Assembly: GCF_001194135.2 (NCBI RefSeq) | Contig: NC_068994.1 | Location: 2,677,327-2,740,644, forward strand | DNA from: Octopus bimaculoides | Lineage: Eukaryota | Reading direction: 5' to 3' | DNA: 63,318 nt | In this document: positions 39,133-49,742 of the stretch, in pieces | Numbering within the stretch: the stretch's first letter is position 1 | Layout: every line of letters starts with the position of its first letter | Made by a program: the position numbers and the translations under genes | The notes under the pieces: model-generated | Seen by the model: the letters and a program-made list of their open reading frames with translations, nothing else | The model's database searches: none | Told to the model about the DNA's origin: nothing

Positions 39133-41505
39133 ATGTTGATGAAAATATGGTTTTCATTTTCATTTCTACATGTTTCTTTGTGTGTGGACCTTATTTATCA
39201 TGTGAAAGAAGAAAGAAGTCCAGCTACATACATCGGCGACATTGCAGCTGACTCTCAGCTACTGGGCAGTGTTTTACCTGGAGACAGCAGGCTGATAGCA
39301 TTCAGCCTGTTGCAAAGAATAGGTTCTCAACTGTTCAATGTCACCAAATCAGGAAAACTGTACACTGCTCAGAAACTGGATGCAGAGACTTTGTGTACAT
39401 ATAATAAAGAATGTTTTAAAATTGTCAAAGCTGCTGTCCGAAAAGCCAAGACTTTTATGAGAATTCTAAAAATAAAAGTAATAATAGAAGATGCCAATGA
39501 TCATCAGCCTGAATTTCCTGGTAAAAGTATTAGCATAGAATTCTCTGAAAATGATCGCAAAGGAGCAAGAAAATCAATCCCTAATGCCATAGATAGAGAT
39601 GTAGGCATTCTCAATTCACAAATTCATTATCAACTTGAAAAGCTTCATGAGGAACCATTTTCATTATTTGTTTCGAAAAGAGCAGATGGTATATCCACCC
39701 TTGAAATTGTTTTAGATCAGACACTAGACAGAGAAGTAAAAAGTAACTACCACATTCAACTTATTGCTAGTGATGGTGGTTCACCTACTCAAAGAAGTTC
39801 CTTAGTGGTTCAGATTTCTATCAAGGATGAGAATGACAACCGACCAATTTTCTCCCAGAAAATATATAATATTTCAATTAGAAATATGCCAAACATTCAT
39901 TTACCTGTTGCTGTTTTATCTACAACAGATCTTGATCAAGGACAGAACAACAAAGTTTCATACTTCTTTAGTCCAATGACTTCTGATGTAGTAAAAAGTC
40001 ATTTTAGTTTGAATAAGACTACAGGAGAGATATTTTTACAAAAAAATTACAACCTTGATGAAAAGCTTACATATAAATTATATATTGAAGCCAGAGATGC
40101 AGGGAGCCCTCCTCTCAGTTCTATAGCAACAGTTCTAGTAAATGTTATCAACCAACACAACAATCCTCCAACCATTGATATAGATTTTGTTTCAGCTCTA
40201 AGTGATGACACAGCAACTATCTCTGAGGATATCAAAGTTGGTAGTTTCATTGCCTATGTGATGGTCACTGACAACGATGTAGGACATAATGGTCAGGTCA
40301 GCTGTGATATCAAACATGAAAAATTCAAGCTCTTAGCAATGGGTTCTAAAGAGTATAAAATAGTAATGAAAAGTCAAGTGGATAGGGAAGCTGAGGATCA
40401 CTATGATATTACCTTGTCATGTGAAGACAAAGGATCCCCTTCTCGCAAAGTACAGAAAAGATTTTTTCTACAAGTGATGGATGTTAATGATGTTCAACCA
40501 CACTTTATCTCAGATTCTTTTAAATTTCTTACATTTGAAAATGAGAAAGATAAGTTTCCAGTAGGTTATATCAATGCCACAGACCCAGACCTAGGATCTG
40601 GAGGTCAACTAACATATACTTTGTTTGGTTACAATGGAGACTTTCTTCCTTTCCAAATCACTGATTCAGGATTCATATCGACATCTATGTCACTTGATAG
40701 AGAAAAACAACATATTTATGAGTTTAAAGTTTTAGTTAAGGATAAAGGAAGACCATCTCTGAATAACACAGCAAATATCACCATTGAAATTTTAGATGAA
40801 AATGATAATGCCCCTTATTTTACATTTCCTAGTGTTAATCCTTTTAGTCTTGATGTCCACTATCATCCCCAAAGTAATAATGACATCACAGTTCTGAAAG
40901 CCTCTGACAGAGACAGTAGGGAAAATGCTTTCTTGAGATATGAAATTCTAAAAGGAAACAACAATCGGTTATTTGTAATCAATTCTTACACTGGCACTTT
41001 GTCTTTCTCTCGAAAAGTTTACCAAAATGATGCTGGATCATATCAACTGCAGTTTAGGGTCAAAGACAGTGGTACTCCAGTTCTTTCAGCATCAGTTACA
41101 ATGTCTTTGACCTTAACTGTTAGTAACAAGACATCTCCATCATTAACTGCTGTTCAAATACAATCTGACAGTATGATTGATGTAACGTGGGTAATTATAA
41201 TTGTAGTTTCAGCTGTGATAATATCTGTGGCAATTGTGATTTCTATAACGCTCTGTGTTGTCCGATGCAATAATGGAAGAAATGGCTCTGTGAGAGCTCG
41301 GGGAAACCCTCCATATCAATCTCGCACAGAAATGAGACAGCTGATCTATCAAACTACTACTACCCCTAGCAGCATGCACCCAGAAGAGATGCTTAACAGA
41401 AATAACCAGTCAAATAGATCTAGGAACCAATTTCAGCCAGAAGAAGGCCCACAAATGGAATGGAAAACATCAACAATTATGAGAAGCCTCCCAAAAGTTT
41501 CTAAG
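39133..41505 (+). CDS. Pcdh: Protocadherin (cephalopod-type, 6 EC repeats), first coding exon: signal peptide, EC1-EC6, TM, proximal cytoplasmic tail
   Basis: 791 open codons. Cadherin motifs: LDAE and CTYNKEC in EC1, DANDHQPEF, AIDRD, LDRE, DENDNRP, VTDND, VDRE, DVNDVQP, ATDPD, LDRE, DENDNAP, ASDRD, KDSGTP. Hydrophobic N-terminus; TM WVIIIVVSAVIISVAIVISITLCVV (about 41188-41264). Ends at a strong phase-0 donor AAG|GTAAGC. Orthologue cannot be assigned. Confidence 0.96.
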
Positions 41506-41553
41506 GTAAGCTATCTAAACTCACTCATTCATAAACGTATAAGTACTCTTTCA

Positions 41554-41713
41554 CTCTTTTACTTGTTTCAGTCATTTGACTGTGGCCATGCTGGAGCACC
41601 ACCTTTAGTCAAGCAAATCGACCCCAGGACTTATTCTTTGTAAGCCTAGTACTTATTCTATCTGTCTCTTTTGCCAAACCGCTAAGTTATGGGGACATAA
41701 ACACACCAGCATC
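41554..41713 (-). mobile_element. S1 SINE 3' module, antisense, 48 nt into Pcdh intron 1
   Basis: Reverse complement matches the S1 3' module (gatagaataagtactaggcttacaaagaataagtcctggggtcgatttg..cagtcaaatgactgaaacaagtaaaagag). Confidence 0.88.
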
Positions 41714-44469
41714 TACTCCTAATATGAAAAAGGATTATCTAATTTCTTCAAGATAATGAAAATTAAATTGATACTGTTTGTTTAATTTTTTAAAGACTTT
41801 CATTATTTAATATCTACTTCAATTTGACTACTGTATCAAAACCAAAATCAGAAAATTGATATTAATCCAATTATTAACAAACATCTCATTTCACTTTACT
41901 TTGCTTTAGGGCGTTGGTCAAACTAATGAAAGGAAACCTCAGTAGCCACTTCATGTTACTACTTCACTTGTTTCATTCAATCATTCTAATCACTTCTCTC
42001 ATATGAGATATATAATGCTGAATGGTGTTATTACTAGCCATAAAAGAACTTTAATTCCTATCTCAGGTAAATATTTCTAATAGACTGCATAACACAAATG
42101 GGATATATAACAATTAACTGTCTTTGCTTATATGAAGATAATTAAAGAATTCTATATAGTCTGTGATTTGGAAATTGACTGTTTGTTAAACAACTTTACA
42201 AAATTCCAACATTCAGTATTGTTTGCTTAGATTGCAGATGTTGAGATATAGAAAATATTAGGAATATAAACCAGAAATATAGTATTAACACTTATTAAAT
42301 ATCATTAAAAGATATTGTCTATATTTCTTTTTGAACTAGAGTTGTGAACCTGAAGTAATTTAATTATTTTATTTATTTCTTCATCTTGTTCTTTTTCTAA
42401 CTCCCCCTCTTTTTTTTACCTGTTCCATTGTTCTTACTTTGGTTTTTCATATTTAACCATCTAGTTAGTCAACCCTATTCATCCCTTTCTCCACCTCTCT
42501 GACTCATATTTTCATTTCACTTCATTTCTCATTTCTTTCTCCATTAATAAAACACAAGTAATGTTTTACATTGTTTTCTTATGACAATATCTATATTTTT
42601 TCATGATTTTCTTTTGACAATATCTTTTGTTGACCAAACTTAGTACCATTTAACATACAACAATCATAAAATGTCCTCAAATTATAAATAATTGTATGCA
42701 AAAACAAATGGAATATCCAGCTGATTTTCATTTCTTTTCTTTTATCTCAGCAATAGGGGATGGAGTGAAACCTATATAATAAGCAGCTATATCATCCATA
42801 TAATGTGAACAGGGCAACAACTATGTCAAAATAAAATATATTGCTTGCTTCTCAATATAATCAGTTTTCTTAGCAGCTCCTCTTTGATATTCTTTCTCTG
42901 TAACTTGAATAGGTAGTCATTATCAAAGTATTGTCTTTATTGATGTATATTGATTTTTCAGCTATTGCAATACAACATCAAATAATTTTCAGATAAACTT
43001 AGCAGAGGTCAAAAATTCTCAAGTGGAAAAGATACTCTACAGTCTAGACTGTCTATGGTATATTTTAAAGATAAGTTTTGTGACGAAAGCCATTCTCTTT
43101 TGATGTGTTTCTTTGATCAAAGTGGCTTCGTGTAAAAGACTTGGATGATGGGTGGAATACATTAGATTCTTTCTTCTGGTAGTTTGTTATAGTGACTGAT
43201 CAAGCAATTTATGGTGGTGAAGTCTTCAACTAGAATTGATGACACAGATGAAGATTCATGGTGAAATAAATAGCTATAACTTGATTATTTTTTTTTATGT
43301 TATATTTTTAGATAATGAATCCAGAAACATCTTATTGAGAATTGATAATGGCATATTGTTCAGTGATTCTTTATATTTAGTGTTCAATGTTTATGATTTA
43401 TCATTTGCAGTAATAAAGTTATATATATATTAAATGTAGTCTGTCACAAGTTAAAACTAGCTGGTTCTTTTCTTTTGCATATTATACAACAAATAATGAT
43501 ACAATTAGCCATTACACTAATTTCAAGATTTTGTTTAATAGCACTTTCAAATTCACAAATTCAAAAGTGTTCTAATTTTCCCAATAAGATTAGTATAACA
43601 AAGTGTAAAGAATTAAACTTTTAATAACAATATTACTTGATGTTTAGATATTTATGATTGAGAGGTCAGTGAAAATTGCTTGAGACAGCGGTAGTTATGA
43701 AAATGTGAGAAAGAAAAAAATTAAGACATGTATAGTAATATCCTCTTTTGTGGATTAATTTAATCCATAATAGAAGAAAAGGATATTAACAAGTTCATAT
43801 TTATATTCATGTGTGTGTTTCTAAGAGTTTATTGATATGGTCTTCTGTGGAAAATAATATCAAGAAAGATATCATTAATTATTTCAGATGAGAAGAATAA
43901 TAAAGTTTCTGGCTGTCAGTTAACATATTCAATGTCTCTCATGTAAAAAATGAAGCCAAACGTTTTTATAATTCACACTTAGTAGTCAGGAAATTAAATA
44001 TTTGAGAATGATAATAAGAACAAGTTTAAATCATGCAGTGTGCAAAATCAATAGTTATGAATCTATTAACTACAAACGAATCTTAAGTAATAGAGAACAT
44101 AAATTTAAATTTAAAATAGCAGTAAAGTAATAAATGTAAATATTTGTGAATAACTGTATGCATTTGTAAATTTGCATGTATTGAGACAAGGAAACTGAAT
44201 GAAAACTTTGAGTTGATATTTTATAACAGAGAAATAAATTCATGTTGAAACAAAATTATTTTCCAAATATGAATACATAAAAATATGTTCAGCAACTACT
44301 GGACTATATTTACCATTTTTAAGGAGATATTTTGTATATTTAGCATGAAGCTTGGTTTTGTCTACAAAGTTTTAATATGGTGGATTCAGTGTAAGCCAAT
44401 TTGTCATTCTTTAGAATTTATTATAGAAGCTCATAAACACAATAGTCTGGTGAGTGTATGCATTTTGAA

Positions 44470-44620
44470 TTTGCTTAGGTGTTTAGGTCCTGATCAGCTC
44501 TGACTGAGTAGACTTACAATCAAAGACATTTGTGCATGTAGAAGTACCCTCTCTAATGTATTCTGTCCTTACTTAAGATAGTAAGATGTGATTTAAGGGA
44601 GATTTACCTGTTATTCTTTG
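44470..44620 (+). repeat. Unclassified interspersed repeat
   Basis: gtttaggtcctgatcagctctgactgagtagac..aatcaaagacatt; homologous to 19240-19345. Confidence 0.45.
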
Positions 44621-44766
44621 GAGCCAAAACAACCAGGTGATTGGCTTGGAGGTGTTGCAGTTATCCCAGATACATTGTTAATGTTTCTATGTGTTAAACA
44701 TAGAAATATTAACTTGAGTCTTCCTCATTGCCTTGTGCCTTCCTTCAGCTCACCATACATCAGTTG

Positions 44767-45148
44767 TCTGCTCCAGGCAGCTCCAAACACAACAAAACCT
44801 AAGCCAGCCATCGCCATCGATGGGGTTGAGCTGAATTGTGTGGAAAGCTTCAGGTACCTAAGTGGCATCATCTCTACAGATGGTTCACTGGATAAAGCGA
44901 TCACATCCAGGATCCAGAAAGCCAGCCAAGCACTCAATAGACTCAGAGCTAAAGTACTATCAGAGAAAGGCATGTTGCTGTCCATGAAACTTAAAATATA
45001 CAAAGCTGTCATTCTCTCCACATTGCTGTAAAACATGGACTCTATACCAGTGGCACATCAGGCAGCTGGAACAGTTCCATACAAGATCACTGCACACAAT
45101 CATGGGCATCCACAGGGAGGACAGAGTCTCCAACCAAGATGTTGTTGG
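44767..45148 (+). mobile_element. RTE-clade LINE remnant
   Basis: PKPAIAIDGVELNCVESFRYLSGIISTDGSLDKAITSRIQKASQALNRLR..KLKIYKAVILSTLL / TWTLYQWHIRQLEQFHTRSLHTIMGI..DRVSNQDV. Confidence 0.9.
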
Positions 45149-45963
45149 TTAGTTCAAGCAATAACAACTACACTGGAGTATGGTGCTTCTTTTTGTGGAA
45201 AGACTCAATAACTCAGATCAGAAAGTTCATCTATTTCACAGATCTCATTATGTGGTGGCTGCTAATCCATGGTCATATGCTAAGGCAAATCATACAATGA
45301 ATATTTCTGAATGAAGTGCAAGTGTAATGGGTTGTTGTTTTTTTTGTGCTACAGTTAATAATTCAACAATGATGTGATATTTGACAAAAGGTAACTGTTG
45401 TTAAGAACTCTAAGCTCTCTGTATCAGCTAGACAAAGCCATCACTGAAAGACATTCTTCATAATCTACAGAGATTACTGAAGGGTGCATATATGTATCAG
45501 ACTTTCGCTCCCTCTTTGCATCCATTGTAGGTATATATCATTTAGATCAGCCTGTAGTTATGAATTTAGAAGAATGCAAAAGTGTTCACATTTTTCCAGC
45601 AAAGTTTTCCATTTAACTTTCAATTTATTTATATTAGCATTAGTTAGATTCTGATATTAAACTGCATTAAGAATGGCCTTGTATTTTATCCTTCCATGAT
45701 CAATGAAAGAAGTAACAAGCAATATATTGATGTTGATCCAATAACTATACATTACCATACCACACACACATACATGCATGGTTGTATAGAGATGTTAACC
45801 ATGCTCATTGCTTCAAAGTCAGTGAAGTAGGATAAACACAAGCTGGAGACTGTGATGATGATTAATAATTGCAGAATTTTATGGGAATTTGCATTAAGAA
45901 CTGACAATACTATTGAAGCAAGGAAACTAGATATGATCAAAAATGATAGGGAAAAAAAAATAG

Positions 45964-46165
45964 TGTAAGATCATAAACTTTGCAATACCATATGTTACCA
46001 AAGTGGAGATCAAGGAAATTGAGAAATATTAGAACCTAACCAGAAAGATAAACAGATGGTGAAACACGAAGGTGAAAATTGTTCCTATTGTAATTGGTGC
46101 ACTTGACACAACACCCAAACTGCAACTTAAGAGGCTGAAGGATATTGGAATTGTGACATGTGCTC
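45964..46165 (+). mobile_element. R4/Dong-type LINE REL-endonuclease fragment
   Basis: CKIINFAIPYVTKVEIKEIEKY*NLTRKINRW*NTKVKIVPIVIGALDTTPK..LKDIGI. Confidence 0.8.
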
Positions 46166-46274
46166 TCAGAAACGTTCAATCCTGATGATGTCATTCTCTG
46201 AACATAGGAACACAGGGTTTCCTTGTTTACATTTTGAATTTCTGTGTTTCTGCAGTCGTTTTCATTTTACATTT

Positions 46275-46315
46275 TGAACTTGAAGAAGACAGATGAGCTA
46301 TCAAAATATCGTTCA
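46275..46315 (+). ncRNA. Decayed minimal type-I hammerhead motif in Pcdh intron 1
   Basis: TGAAC-TTGAAGA-A-GACAG-atgag-CTATC-AAA-ATAT-C-GTTCA. Perfect 5-bp helix I, 4 of 5 pairs in helix II, palindromic ATAT; C3>T and G12>A. Confidence 0.5.
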
Positions 46316-46432
46316 CACCCTTAAATAACTAATCTATGACAAATCACATCATCCTCTTCTTATTGTCTATTTATCTTTGTGAAGAGTTACATCAATCTTT
46401 AAAAAATATAATAATAATAATAATTTATAAAT

Positions 46433-47375
46433 TTTAGTACAAGGCCAGCATGTTCAGTGGAGGGGGTTAGTCAATTATATTGACTCCAGTGTTCATCTGG
46501 TACTTATTTTATCAACTCTGAAAAGATGAAAAGCAAAGTCAACCTTGGGAGAAGTTTAACTTAGAACATAAAGATGGACAAAACGACACTAAAATATTTT
46601 GCCCCAGCATGCTAACAATTCTGCCAGGTTACTGCCTGAATTATAATAATAATAAAAATGGTTTCAAATTCTGGCATGAAGCCAGCATTTTCAGGGGAGG
46701 GGAAAAGTTGAATACATTGACCCTAGTGTTTGACTGGTACTTATTTTATCAACCTAGAAAGGATGAAAAGCAAACTCAACCTCAGTGAAATTTGAATGCA
46801 GAATGTAAGGACTGATGAAATGCTACAAAATATTTTGCCCGACACACCACCTGAGTGACAATAATAATAATGGTTTCAAATTTTCCCACAAGGGCAGCAG
46901 TTTGGTGGGAGGGAATGAGTTGATTACACTGACCCCAGTGTTCAACTGGTACTTATTTTATCAACCCTAAAAGGATGAAAGGTAAAGTCAACCTCAGCAG
47001 AATTTAAATTCAGAATGTAGTAACAGGTGAAAAACCACTAAGCATTCTGTCCAGTGTGCTAACGATTTTGTCAGCTCACTGCCTTTATAATAATAATAAT
47101 AATAATAATTACGATATATTCTTGTATATGTTTCAGCTTGTCAGTAGTGTCCATGCTAGGGCATTGATATTATATGACAATGATGGTAATGAAAACCCTT
47201 TCTAATTTAGATACAAGGCTAATAATTCTGAAGGGGGAGTATAGTTTATACCACTGACCCAAGTACTTGACTGATACTTATTAGTCTCAGTGGGGAATGA
47301 AAGACAAGTGCCGTAACTAAATAACACAAGCATTTTGTCCCCCTGCTCTAATGATTTTGCCAATTTACCATCTAC
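46433..47375 (-). mobile_element. Array of four head-to-tail S2 SINE copies separated by (AAT)n
   Basis: Copies at about 46433-46638, 46660-46850, 46870-47085 and 47195-47375; the first three carry ctggtacttattttatcaac, the fourth is more decayed. Confidence 0.85.
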
Positions 47376-48642
47376 TACTAATAAAAGGAATCTTTTCTTT
47401 ATTAGCCTCAGGGCCTCAAAAAAATATAGAACTTTTCATGAGGGGTTACAAAGAAAAGACAGATGGCATGAAGCATGAAATGTGAAATGGAAAAACACAT
47501 TTACAACCAGTAAGGGAGAAGATAAGAGATATTATACAATATATGGAAGAATACAATCAATAAGAATTCTAAAATATGTGCATGCATACATGCACATATA
47601 TTTGAACAAAATAATTATAAAAAAGGCACAATAATTTAGACAAAATGTAATTTAAAGAACTAAAACTTGGAAGATCACTAGTTAAGTTGAGTTGCGTACT
47701 CCATGATTCTATTCAACCTTTTACTCAAACTGCATTTGAGTACAGCTGAATACATTATTTCACGTTTTTTAAAGTATTCAATGTTGTAACATCAATTAAT
47801 TGTTTGTTTGATTTTTGAAGAATAGTGAACCTTAGTTCATCTTTTTCCTCTACATTCTCTTCATTGTTTTCTTGAGGGATTTTGCTGTTGTTTAAAAGAA
47901 ATAGTTCCCTTTCACCTGTTTTCATTTGTTTTCATGCATAATTTTTCTGATTTGTTTCTCTTTCTTCCCTTTCATATTTTTCTCTTATTATTTCTTCCCC
48001 AATGAACTACATGAGATGAGCTGGTCATTCATCTGATTGTGATACAGGGTCTAAAGTTATTTCCTTTGCCATTCCCAGAGATTTTAGAGTTTTGGCTGGA
48101 AACTGTCTTTTCTTCTTTTCTTCTTTTTTTCGTTTCTTTTTGTTGATGTTGCTCTTAATTTTCATTTTCCCTTATTTCTACTTAGTGTTCCTAGTTCTTC
48201 AGGGTATTCAGCTCCACAGTGTATTTTCTATTCTGTGTCATCAAATGCTTGCCCTTTGTCTTCACATTCTCTAGTGTGCATACTTCTGGTATTGCTCTGT
48301 GGCCTTCAGAGATCATTAGGACCGGCAAGTCCATTTTGACACCTCCTAGTCACAGGTCACTTTCCTTAATGCACTTTGTTGTGTAGCATGATTGTTTGTG
48401 GTAATCATTTTGGTTGTGAAAATGTGATGTGGGTAAATAAGGTTTTTAAAGTGTGCGAATCAAACATTTTTTTCCTGTTGTTGCTATCCAAGAGTACTGA
48501 GTGCAACCCTTCCTTTGGCAATTAACATTCTTTTTACTAGTCTTCCAAAGAAAATTCTGTTTGATAATGCTTGAAATGATCAAGTTTTGAAGAGATAATC
48601 AAAAGGACATCTTCACACTGAGAGTCAAATATAATAATAATA

Positions 48643-48896
48643 ATGGTTTCAAATTTTGACACAAGTACATTGATTCCAAAAAGATTAAAAGTAAAAATCA
48701 GCCTTGGTGAAATTTTAACCCAGAATGTAAAGACGGATGAAATGCCACTACACATTTTGCCGAGTGTGGCAATGATTCTGCCAGCTTGTGGCCTCATAAT
48801 AATAATAATAATAATAATAACAACAAACAACTTTGGCACAAGGCCAGCAATTTCAGGGATATGGTAAGTTGATTACATTGACTCCAGTGCTCCAGT
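48643..48896 (-). mobile_element. Two partial S2 SINE copies
   Basis: 48643-48797 (internally deleted) and 48830-48896, with (AAT)n between. Confidence 0.75.
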
Positions 48897-48985
48897 TTCT
48901 AAATAACATAACCTACACAAAATATACAAGACTAAGGTCCAGTTAATAACATAACTCACATTACACACATTCTAATATAACCACA

Positions 48986-49255
48986 GGCATATGGCATAGT
49001 GGTTAAGAGCGCAGGCTACTAACTCCAAGATTCCGACTTCGATTCCAGGCAGTGACCTGAATAATAATAATAATAATAATAACATCGAAAAATACCTTAG
49101 GAATGGGAACCCAGGTTCGAAATTTCCCAAAGACACCTGATGAAGCCTGGAGGGTAAATCAGCCGAAATGTTGTGTTAATAACAAACAAAATAGACAAAT
49201 ATCAGTCAAATGTAAATAATGTATATAATTCCTTATCTCTTAAATATAAGACTCT
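48986..49255 (+). mobile_element. tRNA-derived SINE with (AAT)n linker and hammerhead-bearing body
   Basis: A-box TGGCATAGTGG (48992-49002), degenerate B-box GACTTCGATTCC (49035-49046), (AAT)n at about 49060-49083, then the hammerhead motif. Confidence 0.7.
49132..49177 (+). ncRNA. Minimal type-I hammerhead motif inside a tRNA-headed SINE
   Basis: GACAC-CTGATGA-A-GCCTGG-agggtaaa-TCAGCC-GAA-ATGT-T-GTGTT. Core intact, helix I 5 bp, helix II with one C-C mismatch. Confidence 0.65.
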
Positions 49256-49445
49256 ATTAAGAAACTAAATCTCATAGTAAAACAAAACAGTGCAATACAC
49301 CAACAGGAGGAGGCTATGTACCTCTAATCATCACAAAAATAAGAACACAATGCTGCATACACCTCAGGAACACAGAAGTGCACCAGAAATTGCACAAAAC
49401 TACAAAAAAAAACGTTTCAAAATTACAATAATCCTTTATACAATA

Positions 49446-49742
49446 AGCACAAAGCCTGAAATTTGGTAGGGAGGGAACTTGTCAGTAATATCAATCGAAG
49501 TACTCAACTGCTACTTATTTTATCAATCCCCAAAGGATGAAAGGCAAAGGTGACCTCAGTAGAATATTAACTCAGAACGTAAAACTAGAAGAAATACGAA
49601 GAAGTTTGTCTAGAAAGGTAACAATTCTGCTAGATCACTGAAAATATAAAAGGCGAAATCAACCTCAGTAGAATTTGAACTCAGAATGAAAAACCAGAAG
49701 AAATGCCACTGAGCATGCAACCAGTTTTGCCTGCTTGCCACT
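49446..49742 (-). mobile_element. Two S2 SINE copies (one near-full, one partial)
   Basis: gcacaaagcctgaaattt..ggatgaaaggcaaagg..aactcagaacg, then aaaggcgaaatcaacctcag..atttgaactcagaatg. Confidence 0.78.

Noticed and set aside
46180-46225. Second CTGATGA upstream of the 46275 motif
   Set aside because: Helix II and helix I pairing are unconvincing and GAAA is absent; could be a very decayed partner but is unsupported.
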